DNA from: Squalus acanthias
Lineage: Eukaryota
Assembly (NCBI GenBank): GCA_030390025.1
Contig: CM059432.1
Location: forward strand, 27,096,001 to 27,160,000
Direction of reading: 5' to 3'
DNA: 64,000 nt
Of this stretch, positions 11,749 to 23,259 are shown one piece after another (positions within the stretch are counted from its first letter, which is position 1; every line of letters starts with the position of its first letter). Position numbers and translations under genes: made by a program. The notes under the pieces are model-generated. The model was given only the letters and a program-made list of their open reading frames with translations, had not been told where the DNA came from and did not search any database.

Positions 11749-11760
11749 GTATGTGTAAAG

Positions 11761-12653
11761 TGTAAGCTTTTTATTTCGACTGGCATTAAATTGACAGCAA
11801 GACCAATTCTTTTGAAACAATTTGGAATAAGTTTATTAAACACACACACTCATGCAAGTTTATTAAACATCTTCTCTTCTTAGGCAGTCCCTCGGAACCG
11901 AGGATGACTTGCTTCCACATTAAAAATGAGTTCTCAGGTGACTGATGAGTCCAATGCGGGACCTACAGTCTCTGTCACAGGTGGGGCAGACGGTGGTTGA
12001 AGGAGCAGGTGGGTGGGGTGCTTGGGTTGACGTGCGCTCCTTGCGCTGCATGTGCTTAGCTATGCTATTAAACATGCACATCAAAAGAATAGCCTACTGG
12101 TATTTATGGACTCTACTCGATTACAACACGTAAGGTAATGGGTTAGATTTACAGAGACTTGTACTTCCCTGAGTCAAGCAATGCATGCCGCCTTTTTCCT
12201 TGCTTCTTGGTCTGGTCTGTAGAGGGAGGGCTTCTTGCTTTTCCGCGTGGTCATCAAAAGAGAGAGAGCCTTTGGATTCCTTGTTTTATATATTTTTTTA
12301 AGTCCATTGTCTCTAGTCTAAATTGCTAAGACCCCAGGATTGGGTCTTAGTTTCATGGCAGTTCTTGATTGGCTTTCCTTTGAACATGCGTCTGTCTGCA
12401 GTGGCTGGTGCCATTTCTTGCTTAAGTTAATTGTTTGTTAACACCTTTTAGTGGTTCTTGAGTTTCGATGGTGAGTTTCGATGGTGTCTCTGGGGGGGGG
12501 TTATCCTGTTATGCAGGTTTCCTTTGTTAAGTTTCGCGCCGTTGCCTTACCCAGGGGAGATCCATACACACCAAATTTATCTTTGTTACATACATCTTAT
12601 ATTAATAGTCTTGAGTCCATCACACATACAAAACATATATTTTTATTCTTACA
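11761..12653 (-). mobile_element. Solo LTR with 4-bp TSD
   Basis: Ends TGTAAG...CTTACA. TSD AAAG (11757-11760 / 12654-12657). AATAAA (~11832) and a TATA-like motif (~12286) on the minus strand. Confidence 0.75.
11871..12065 (-). mobile_element. 5'-truncated RTE LINE inserted in the solo LTR
   Basis: The minus strand reads AKHMQRKER...CDRDCRSRIGLISHLRTH, then the tail GTGGAAGCAAGTCATCCTCGGTTCCGAGGGACTGCCTAAGAAG. TSD TATTAAACAT (11861-11870 / 12066-12075). Confidence 0.85.
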
Positions 12654-12754
12654 AAAGTTTTAACAATTCAGATGTAGACCCTTAGCCAGATCTAGAAAGT
12701 GGGAGATGAGCAAGTTCTTTTATAGGACTGAACAAAATAAAGGTGGGGTGTAGG

Positions 12755-14570
12755 AGAATAAGAATATAGGAACAGGAGTAGACCATTCAGCCCCTCAAGC
12801 CTGCTCCGCCATTCAATGAGATCATGGCTAATCTGCGACCTAACTCCATATACCCGCCTTTGGTCCATATCCCTTAATACCTTTGGTTAACAGAAAGTTT
12901 TTAATCTTCGATCTAAAATTAACAATTGATCCAGCATCAATTGCCGTTTGCAGAAGAACATTCCAAACTTCTACCACCCTTTGTGTGTAGAAGTGTTTCC
13001 TAATTTCACTCCTGAAAGGTCTGGCTCTAATTTTTAGACTATGCCCCCTAGTCCTAGAATCCCCAACTAGCGGAAATAGTTTCTCTCTATCTACCCTATC
13101 TGTTCCCCTTAATATCTTGAAAACTTCGATCAGATAAATCCTTAACCTTCTAAATTCTAGGGAATACAACCCTAATTTGTGTAATCTCTCCTCGTAACTT
13201 AACCCTTGAAGTCCAGGTATCATTCTAGCAAACCTACGCTGCACTCCTTCCTAAGGTGTGGTGCCCAGAACTGTTCACAGTATTCCAGGTGTGGTCTAAC
13301 CAGGGTTTTGTACAGCTGCAGCGTAACTTCTACCCCCTTGTATTCTAGTCCTCTAGATATAAAGGCTGGCATCTCATAAGCCTTTTTGATTATTTTCTGT
13401 ACCTGTTCATGACATTTTAATGATCCATGTACCTGGACCCCCAAGTCTCTTTGGACCTCCACTGTTTTTAGCCTTTCACCATTTAGAAAGTACCCTGTTC
13501 TATCCTTTTTAGGTCCAAAGTGGATGACCTCACATTTGCCTACATTGAAATCCATTTGCCATAGTTTTCTCCCATTCACTTAATCTGTCGATATCCCTTT
13601 GTAATTTTATACTTTCATTTACACTGCCTACAATCCACCTATCTTTGGGTCATCGGCAAATTTATCTGAGGAAGGATGTTCTTGCCATGGAGGGAGTGCA
13701 GCGAAGATTCACCAGGCTGATACCCGGGATGGCAGGAATGGCGTATGAGGAGAGATTGGGTCGATTGGGCTTATACTCACTGGAGTTTAGAAGAATGAGA
13801 GGGGATCTCATTGAAACTTATAAAATTCTAACAGGACTAGACAGACTAGATGCGGGAAGGATGTTCCCGATGGCCGGGGAGTCCAGAACCAGGAGTCACA
13901 GTCTAAGGATAAGGGGTAAACCATTTAGGACTGAGATGAGGAGGAATTTCTTCACCCAGAGAGTGGTGAACCTGTGGAATTCTCTACCACAGAAGGCAGT
14001 AGAGGCCAATTCATTAAATATATTCAAGAAGGAGTTAGATATTTTTCTTAAGGCTAAAGGGATCAAGGGCTATGGGGAGAAAGCAGGGACAGGGTACTGA
14101 ATTTGGATGATCAGCCATGATCTCATTGAATGGCGGAGCAGGCTCAAGGGGCTGAATGGCCTACTCCTGCTCCTATCTTCTATGTTTCTATAATTTTGGA
14201 TATATGACTTTCTATGCCATCATCTAAGTCGTTAATAAATACTGTGAATAGTTGAGCCCCCAATACCAATCCCTGCAGGACACCACTAGTCACCTCCTGC
14301 CAATTTGAGTACTTACCTATTATCCCTACTGCCTGTCTCCTGCCGCTCAACCAATTTCTTAACCAGGTCAATAATTTGACCTCAATTCCGTGGGCTTCTA
14401 CCTTCGTTAACAGGCTCTTATTTGGGACTTTATCAAATGCCTTCTGGAAGTCGATATAAATAACATCCATAGACATTCCCCTGTCCACAACTTTAGTCAC
14501 CTCTTAAAAAAATTCAATCAGGTTTGTCAGACATGATCTACCTTTCACAAATCCATGCTGGCTCTCTCTG
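12755..14570 (-). mobile_element. CR1 LINE (3' part), split by a younger CR1
   Basis: Minus-strand ORFs 12840-13244, 13220-13579 and 14180-14500 with CR1 RT motifs. The SKFADD codons are interrupted at 13660/14192. Confidence 0.92.
13661..14191 (+). mobile_element. Young 5'-truncated CR1 inserted in opposite orientation
   Basis: Open frame YLRKDVLAMEGVQRRFTRLIPG...KGYGEKAGTGY*, stem-loop 3' UTR and TTCTATGT tail. Confidence 0.92.
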
Positions 14571-15124
14571 AGAAAGGTAAGTTATATATGGCTCTTAGTA
14601 CAAAGAAATGGGTTCAGTGTAAACTGGTTATTCAATGGTTAATGGGTTTAATTTAGCACATTGTGTAGGATGGAGTCACATATAGGCCAGACTGCATAAG
14701 GACAGAAGATTTTTTTCTCTAAAGGACATTGTCGTAAAAACCCAACTGATACACTAATCAGACAACTTCTTGGCCTCTGTTATTGGTCTGGATTTTGCAG
14801 TCAGTGGTGAAGGAACGGTGCTCGCCATTCACCTCGCTGACAGCTGCCCACAACGTTTTTGCAGGCTTTAGAGTGGAGACTTGCTCTAATCTGGCATCTG
14901 ATCCAGCGCAGTGCCCTCTACAGGGGATCTGTGAGCAGTGCAAGAAAGCGCGAGGCTCTGAACCAATCAGATTGAAGAAGCCTCACTGAGTCATGCAGAA
15001 TCTAAATGGAGTGATTATCTGCACGAACACATTTGCAGCCTTCTGTGCATGCACGCGGTATCCCAGAGCCGCGCATGTGCAGAACCTAACAGTTGCAGCC
15101 ACGCTTTCCTCAGCTCTGTTGGCG

Positions 15125-18095
15125 GATGGGGAGAGAGAGAGAGTGGATCGGAGGGGAGAGAGAGTGGATCGGAGGGGAGAGAGAGTGGATCGGAGGGGAG
15201 AGAGAGTGGATCGGAGGGGGGAGAGCGAGAGTGGATCGGAGGGGGGAGAGCGAGAGTGGATCGGAGGGGGGAGAGAGAGTGGAACGGAGGGGGGAGAGAG
15301 AGTGGAACGGAGGGGGGAGAGAGAGTGGATCGGAGGGGGGAGAGAGAATGGATCGGGGGGGAGAGAGAGTGGATCGGAGGGGGGAGAGAGAGTGGATCGG
15401 AGGGGGGAGAGAGTGGATCGGAGGGGAGAGAGAGTGGATCAGAGGGGGGAGAGAGAGTGGATCGGAGGGGGGAGAGAGAGTGGATCGGAGGGGGGAGAGA
15501 GAGTGGATCGGAGGGGGGAGAGAGAGTGGATCGGAGGGGGGAGAGAGAGTGGATCGGAGGGGGGAGAGAGAGAGGATCGGAGGGGGGAGAGAGAGGATCG
15601 GAGGGGGGAGAGAGGATCGGAGGGGGGAGAGAGGATCGGAGGGGGGAGAGAGGATCGGAGGGGGGAGAGAGAGGATCGGAGGGGGGAGAGAGGGGATCGG
15701 AGGGGGGAGAGAGGGGATCGGAGGGGGGAGAGAGCGGATCGGAGGGGGGAGAGGGGATCGGAGGGGGAGAGAGGGGATCGGAGGGGGGAGAGAGCGGATC
15801 GGAGGGGGGAGAGGGGATCGGAGGGGAGAGAGAGAGGATCGGAGGGGGGAGAGAGAGGATCGGAGGGGGGAGAGAGTGGATCGGAGGGGGGAGAGAGGGG
15901 ATCGGAGGGGGGAGAGAGAGGATCGGAGGGGGGAGAGAGGATCGGAGGGGAGAGAGAGAGGATCGGAGGGGAGAGAGAGAGGATCGGAGGGGGGAGAGAG
16001 AGAGGATCGGAGGGGGGAGAGAGAGGATCGGAGGGGGGAGAGAGAGAGTGGATCGGAGGGGGGGGAGAGAGAGAGTGGATCGGAGGGGGGAGAGAGAGAG
16101 TGGATCGGAGGGGGGAGAGAGAGAGTGGATCGGAGGGGGGAGAGAGAGGATCGGAGGGAGGGGAGAGGGGATCGGGGGGGAGGGAGAGGGGATCGGGGGA
16201 GAGAGGGGATCGGGGGGAGAGAGAGGGGATCGGGGGAGAGAGAGGGGATCGGGGGAGAGAGAGGGGATCGGGGGAGAGAGAGGGGATCGGGGGAGAGAGA
16301 GGGGATCGGGGGGGAGAGAGAGGGGATCGGGGGGGAGAGAGAGGGGATCGGGGGGGAGAGAGAGGGGATCGGGGGGGAGAGAGAGGGGATCGGGGGAGAG
16401 AGAGGGGATCGGGGGAGAGAGAGGGGATCGGGGGAGAGAGAAAGGGGGGATCGGGGGAGAGAGAAAGGGGGGATCGGGGGAGAGAGAAAGGGGGGATAGG
16501 GGGGGAGAGAGGGGGGATCGGGGGGGAGAGAGGGGGGATCCGGGGGGAGAGGGGGGATCGGGGTGAGAGAGAGGGGGGATGGGGGGGAGAAAGGGGGGAT
16601 GGGGGGGAGAAGGGGGGGAGAGAGGGGGGATTGGGGGGGAGCAAGGGGGGATCGGGGTGAGAGAGAGGGGGGATCGGGGGGGGGAGAAAGGGGGGAGCAG
16701 GGGGGGAGAAAGGGGGGATCGGGGGGAGCAGGGGTGGAGCAAGGGGGGATCGGGGTGGAGCAGGGGGAGAGAGAGGGGATCGGAGGGGGGGAGAGAGAGG
16801 GGATCGGAGGGGGGGAGAGAGAGGGGATCAGAGGGGGGAGAGAGAGGGGATCGGAGGGGGGGAGAGAGAGGGGATCGGAGGGGGGGGAGAGAGAGGGGAT
16901 CGGAGGGGGGAGAGAGAGCGGATCAGGGGGCTAGAGAGAGGGGGGATCGGAGGAGGGAGAGAGAGAGCGGGGATTGGAGGTGGGGGCGAGAGAGAGAGAG
17001 AGGGCATCGGGGGGAGAGAGAGAGGGGATCGGAGGGGGGGAGAGAGAGAGGGGGGAGAAAGAGAGGGAATCGGAGGGGGGAGAGAGAGAGAGGGGATCGG
17101 AGTGGGGGAGAGAGAGAGAGAGGGGATCGGAGTGGGGAGAGAGAGAGAGAGGGGATCGGAGGGGGAGAGAGAGAAGGGATCGGAGGGGGAGAGAGAGAAG
17201 GGATCGGAGGGGGAGAGAGAGAAGGGATCGGAGGGGGAGAGAGAGAAGGGATCGGAGGGGGAGAGAGAGAAGGGATCGGAGGGGGAGAGAGATAGGGGAT
17301 CGGAGGGGGAGAGAGAGAGGGGATCGGAGTGGGAGAGAGAAAGGGGATCGGAGGGGGGAGAAAGAGAGAGGATCGGAGTGGGGGGGAGAGAGAGAGAGAG
17401 GGGATCGGAGGGGGAGAGAGAGAAGGATCGGAGGGGGAGAGAGAGAAGGGATCGGAGGGGGAGAGAGAGAAGGGATCGGAGGGGGAGAGAGAGAAGGGAT
17501 CGGAGGGGGAGAGAGAGAGGGGATCGGAGTGGAGAGAGAAAGGGGATCGGAGGGGGGAGAAAGAGAGAGAGGGCATCGGGGGGGAGAGAGAGAGGGGATC
17601 GGAGGGGGGGAGAGAGAGAGGGGGGAGAAAGAGAGGGAATCGGAGGGGGGAGAGAGAGAGAGGGGATCGGAGTGGGGGAGAGAGAGAGAGAGGGGATCGG
17701 AGTGGGGGAGAGAGAGAGAGAGGGGATCGGAGGGGGAGAGAGAGAAGGGATCGGAGGGGGAGAGAGAGAAGGGATCGGAGGGGGAGAGAGAAGGGATCGG
17801 AGGGGGAGAGAGAGAAGGGATCGGAGGGGGAGAGAGAGAGGGGATCGGAGTGGGAGAGAGAAAGGGGATCGGAGGGGGGAGAAAGAGAGGATCGGAGGGG
17901 GGAGAGAGAGAGAGAGAGGGGATCGGAGGGGGGAGAGAGAGAGGGGATCGGAGGGGGGGAGAGAGAGAGAGGGGATCGGAGGGGGAGAGAGAGAGAGGGG
18001 ATCGGAGGGGGGAGAGAGAGAGAGAGGGGATCGGGGGGGGAGGGAGGGGATCGGAGGGAGGAGAGAGTATCGAAGGGGGAAGAGAGGATGGGAGG
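15125..18095. repeat. ~3 kb purine-rich minisatellite (GGATCGGAGGGGGGAGAGAGA variants)
   Basis: Directly visible tandem units of about 19-25 bp. It is the source of all long G/E/R and P/S/L ORFs. Confidence 0.97.
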
Positions 18096-18527
18096 GGAGG
18101 GTAGATCAGGTCAGGAACTCAGGGGGAGAGAAGGTCAGGAACTCGGTGGGGTGTCTGGGGGTTGGAGAGCACAGTGGGGATGGGGGAAGAACGTGATCCA
18201 GGTCTAAAGCAGGGGAAATGAGAGCGAGAACCTGATCCAGATGGTAAGATGGATCACGTTCTTCCAACCCCACCTCCTTTACACCCACACCATGTTCTCC
18301 CTCCCCCCCCCCCCCCCCCCCCCCCCCCACCCCCCACCCCCCACCCAAACCTGGTTGATATCTCGGAAAGCTCGGTGCGTGTGTAGCAAGTGACATATTT
18401 GGACTGGACGAAATCCTGAAGTCATGACACTGTCACTGTCACTATTCACTTCACACCCAATAAACCTGTTAACAATCTGTGACCCACACACAATGCCCCA
18501 TCTATGGTGCGGTGGGGGGGTTTATGG

Positions 18528-18915
18528 GGAAGGTCAGGAACTTTTTTGGGGAAGGACGGTTAAGAAACTGGGTGGGGGGGGAGGAACTTGGACAGGGGGA
18601 GAAGGTCAGGAACCTGGGGGGGAGAGGGCGTTGGCAGAGAAGGTCAGGAGCTTGAGTGGGGGAGGAGGTCAGAAACGTGGGTGGGGGAGGAGGTCAGAAA
18701 CTTGGGCGGGGGAGGAGGTCAGAAACTTGGGCGGGGGAGGAGGTCAGGAACTCAGTTGAGGGGGTGGGGGGTGGCCAGGAACTTGGCGGGGGGAAAGTCA
18801 GGGTCAGAAACTTGTCGGGGAGGGAAAAGGTCAGAAACTTGGGGGGGTGGGTGGAAGGTTTGGAACTTATTGGGGGGGCAGGAACTTGTTTGGGGGGTGA
18901 GAGAAGGTCTTAACC
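18528..18915. repeat. Degenerate ~26-bp minisatellite (GGAGGTCAGAAACTTGGGCGGGGGA)
   Basis: Tandem copies visible; related units also occur at 18107-18150. Confidence 0.85.
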
Positions 18916-20304
18916 TGCGACGGTGATCCCTGTCTGTTCTATGTGAGCTCTGTTTTGTCTGGAGCCTGGCAGTCAGAATGGCTCCAATTACACTTTGCAA
19001 AGTAATTGATTACTTAGGCTGGCAGGATCTAATTACACATTCCAGAGAAACTGCTGGGTGTGTCTTGTCCTCCATGTGGACCAATCAGAACTCGGGTCTT
19101 GTCCTCCAAGGAGACCAATCAGAAATCTGGTGTTGGAAATAAACGCGACCGAATCTGAACCCGGAGGTATAAAGCAGGAAATATAAATCAGATTTAAACC
19201 ATGTACAGAAATCAAAATAAAGATTGGGAAATACAGACAGGATTAACAGAGAGTGATAAAAGAGATAGCCAGAAAATGTTAAATATTTTTTTTTGTTGAA
19301 ATTTCCAACACTAATTATATTCTGAGGGAATGAGACTCCACACTTATAAAATAAATTTTCCAGGGCCAAGGAGGTTATTTGGCAGTAATTACCACTTATC
19401 ACACCATTAAAAACTCACTTACTCCTGAATGTACCAGCCCTAACTTTTTCTGCCATCTTTTTTCATAGAGTCATAGAGCCTTAGTGCGGAACGAGTGGGG
19501 AAGTTCCACAAGTTCACGCCATTGTATTGATTTCAGTGCCGAGTCTATCAGTAAGGACTCTGTGGAGGAGCGGGGTATCTCTGACAGCGACTTCCAGCTT
19601 TCGAGCCTCACCGTTCTTCTTATTGCAAAATCCAGGCCGTTAATACTAGTTTATATTTCCAGATTTGTTTTTTAAACTTATACATCTCCACTAATCAAAG
19701 CTGACCAATTGCACCCGTTCAATACTGTTGATCATGTTAAAACCAGCTTTCAAACTTTTGGGAGCGCCACCCATTTAGGGCCCCCCACGTTCCAATCCCA
19801 CCCGTGTCAAAATCGACCCCAAACAGCCTGCTGACATTCACTGTTAAGGATCACGCGTGAATCATACTTGCTTGAGTAAGGTACCAGAGGGTAACCCGGA
19901 CCTATGGAACTGTACCCAAGCAAGGAATCTCTGTCATTAGGGAACGTGAATGGAGGAGCATAGGATGGCTAATGTAGGAAATGGAGGCCACAAGTTTTTC
20001 GAGTTTGATATGCACAATGTTCTTCTGGGGGGTTCAAAGTCTTGGTTGCAGATGAAGATTTTACCAAGTTATGATCCTTGCCAAATTTCCCAGTGTTTCA
20101 ACCAGCAGCCATTTCTCAATAGCTCAATTTGGAAATTGCTGAGGAAAAAGAAAAATGTTAATGAAGGCGGGGGTGCGAGGGTTAATGTCACTTGCCATAT
20201 GCTTTTCGACAGCATATTATTCAGGCAAATACCTGGCCACATTCGCTGCCATATTGCGACTGTTGATGTGTGTTAAGAATGGAGATTTGAAGACTACTCC
20301 AAAA

Positions 20305-20420
20305 CTAGAATCATACAATCTTACAAAACAGAAGGAGTCAGTTTGGCCCATCATGCCTGTTCTGCCTCTTTGAAAGAGCTATTCTGTTAGTCCCACTCCC
20401 TCCGCTCTTTCCCTACATAG
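20305..20420 (-). mobile_element. CR1 3' tail fragment
   Basis: TAGAATCATACAATCTTACAAAACAGAAGG...TTGGCCCATC matches the CR1 tail at 36853. Confidence 0.65.
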
Positions 20421-21290
20421 AAAACTAGAGGCAAATATCAATCAATACTAGCATGGGAGAGACTCTTTGGGTAAGTATCTCACTGTGATAGTACAGTGAG
20501 AGACTCTATGGGTATGCACATCAGTGAGAATATTTGCTATTTGAAGGGAGAATACTCACTCTTAAAGGGAAGACACTTTTCAGGTGTGCTGAAGTACATT
20601 GAAGCTTTAGGGTCAATGCTGGAAGAGCAACGTGGACAAAACTGCTCCAGTCTGTGATGAAGCCCTGGCAGTCCTGCTGTGGGAAGAGCAGCACAGGAGG
20701 ATAGCTACCTTTGGAACCGAGGATAACCCTTCAGAAACGGTCAGTGAATAAATAGATTTGGTAAGATTAAAGCAAAAGTAACAAAGAGATAAAAAGAGGA
20801 CTGAAAGAGAATTGAAACGATCAGACAATATGGAAAATGGGAAGATGAGTCCACTTTTTGACTACAATCTCCTAATGATGAAGAATTAGCTGTGTCTAGC
20901 TTGGATTATTTATTTATCCCCCACTTGCCCAAATTTTGCATAAACAAATAGCAGGTAAGAGAAAGATTTAAGATTGGGGAGGAGTCTACCACCAGTGTTG
21001 GTATTGGAACATGCCAGTCCAGTTATAAGCAACCTTTTTGTTTTTGTCTGTCTAGTCTTACTACTTTAATGAGCTTCTGATGTAATTTGATTATCAGCCG
21101 CTTACAAAGCCAGAAGTAAATTGAGTTGCTCGAGCCTCTCGGAGAAGCCTCAAGTGAAAAACAATAATTGAAATTTAATTGAAAAAAAATTCCCTGAAGG
21201 GCATGGATTGATAGTGTACACTATGCACATCCCATAATTAGTAGAACAGTTAGAGTTGTGTTGTGTTTGGGGGCTAAAGTACATTGATGG

Positions 21291-22698
21291 AACAACAACA
21301 ACTTGTATTTATATAGCGCCTTTAACGTAGTAAAATGTCCCAAGGCGCTTCACAGGAGCGTTATCAAACAAAATTTGACACCGAGCCATGTAAGGAGATA
21401 TTAGGACATGAGTAAAAGCTTGGTCAAAGTGGTAGGTTTTAGGGGACATCTTAAAGGAGGAGGAGAGAGGTTTAGGGAAGGAATTCCAAATCTTAGGGCC
21501 AAGGCAGCTGGAAGCACAGCCGCCAATGGTGGAGCGATTAAAATCGTGGGTGCACAAGATACCAGAATTGGAGGAGCGCAGAGATCTCGAAGGCTTGTAG
21601 GGCTGGAGGAGGTTATAGAGATAGAGAGGGGCGAGGCCATGGAAGGATTTGAAAACAAGGATGAGGATTTTAAATTGAGGCGCTGTCGGACCAAAAGCCA
21701 GTGAAGGCCAGCAAGCACAGAGGTGAGGGGTGAACGGGACTTGGTGCAAGTTAAGATACGGGCAGCAGAGTTATGGATGAGCACAAGTTTATGTAGGGTG
21801 ACAGATGGGAGGATGGCCAGGAGAGTATTGGAATAGTCAAGTCTCGAGGTAACAAAGGCATGGATGAGGGTTTCAGCAGCAGATGAGCTGAGGCACGATA
21901 GGAGTCGGGCGATATTACGGAGGTGGAAGTAGGCAGTCTTGGTGATGGAGCGGATATGTGGTCAGAAACTCATCTCTGGGTCAAACACAACACCAAGGTT
22001 GCGAATGGCCTGGCTCAGCTTCAGACAGTTGCCAGGGAGAGAAATGGAATCGGTGGTCAGGGAACGGAGTTTGTGGCAGGGGATCAAAGACAATGGCTTC
22101 AGTCTTCCCAATATTTAGTTGGAGGAAATTTCTGCTCATCCAATACTGGTGTGGGACAAGCAGTGTGATGAATCAGAGACAATAGAGAGGCCAACAGAAG
22201 TGGTGGTGTCGTCAGCGTGCATGTGAAACATGTGTTTTCGGATGATGTCGCAGAGGGGCAGCATGAAGATGAAAAATAGGAGGGGGCCAACGATAGATCC
22301 TTGGGGGAACGCCAGAGGCAACGGTGAGGGAGTGGGAAGAGACGCCATTGCAGATTCTCTGGCTACGATTTAATAGATAAAAACGGAACCAGGCAAGGGC
22401 AGTTTCACCCAGCTAGATGACAGAGGAGAGGTGTTGGAGGAGGATGGTGTGGTCGACTGTGTTGAAGGCTGCAGAAAGGTCGAGAAGGATGAGGAAGGAT
22501 TGTTTACCACGGTCACATAGAATGTCATTTGTGACTTTGATAAAGGCCGTTGCAATACTGTGGCGGGGGCGGAAACCTGATTGGAGGGATTCAAACGTGG
22601 AATTGCGGGAAAGGGGCACGATTTGGGAGGCGACAACACGTTCAAGGACTTTGGAGAGAAAAGGGAGGTTGGAGATGGGGCGGTAGTTTGCAAGGACA
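21291..22698 (-). mobile_element. L2 LINE, 3' 1.4 kb
   Basis: Minus strand NYRPISNLPFLSKVLE, QSGFR, LLDLSAAF, PQGSIVGPLLF, HNSAARILT, LHWL. L2 tail with (GTT)n. Confidence 0.93.
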
Positions 22699-22704
22699 GA
22701 ATCA

Positions 22705-23259
22705 TTTGGTGGTAGTCCAGACCTTGCATTGATACCAATCAGCATATCGTGGATCGAACTAGGGTCAATTGAGGCTAGATTCAAACTTTCCTTGTTTCTG
22801 GGCTTCGTCTACTCTATATGGTATCCCATGATGTCCCGCAGGCAAGGTATTATTTTGCGTTAGACGGCATGCTCATAATGGTTTCTGATACCATCCCCTG
22901 ATACCATCCCAATTTTGTGGTCAGTTCACTCCCCGTACATTTACAGGTTAAACGCACACCCTTTGTCTCCTGTATTTTAACAGAATTGTTCCTTCCTTAT
23001 TTTTAAGGTTTTCCATGTTATCTCATTAGGGAAGGTAGGTATATAGCAGTCAAGACAGCTCCAATCATTCCAAGTCATTTAACATAGGTACATAACATAT
23101 GACAAGTATTACACACAAAATCCACCACCACAGTATCTTAATTTTGTCCTGTACGTGTTCCTTCTTGCAGATCAGCCAAGTGCTGCAAAATGAAGAACAC
23201 ACCAGGTAGTAGCTGTTCTTGGTTAATATCTTATTTAGGTTTATGCCTTTTTCTAGCAC
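22705..23259 (-). pseudogene. Env-position ORF remnant: hydrophobic segment plus Ig V-like domain
   Basis: ILWWWILCVILVICYV, then (after stops and a frameshift) VRLTCKC...LGWYQKP...SSLN*P*FDPRYADWYQCKV once a 13-bp tandem duplication (22885-22910) is removed. Confidence 0.6.

Larger units (their letters stand above)
14785..19638. mobile_element. Non-autonomous Harbinger-type element expanded by internal minisatellites
   Basis: TIRs GGTCTGGATTTTGCA / TGCAAAATCCAGGCC. 3-bp flanks ATT / GTT, compared with the ATT TSD at 38347-39089. Confidence 0.7.

Noticed and set aside
15125..18095. CRISPR-like regularly spaced GGATCGG repeats
   Set aside because: The spacers are low-complexity variants of one unit, there are no cas genes, and the context is vertebrate.
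14993..18207. Long ORFs of 200-575 aa in many frames
   Set aside because: Artefacts of a stop-free G/A minisatellite; open on both strands with G/E/R or P/S/L composition.
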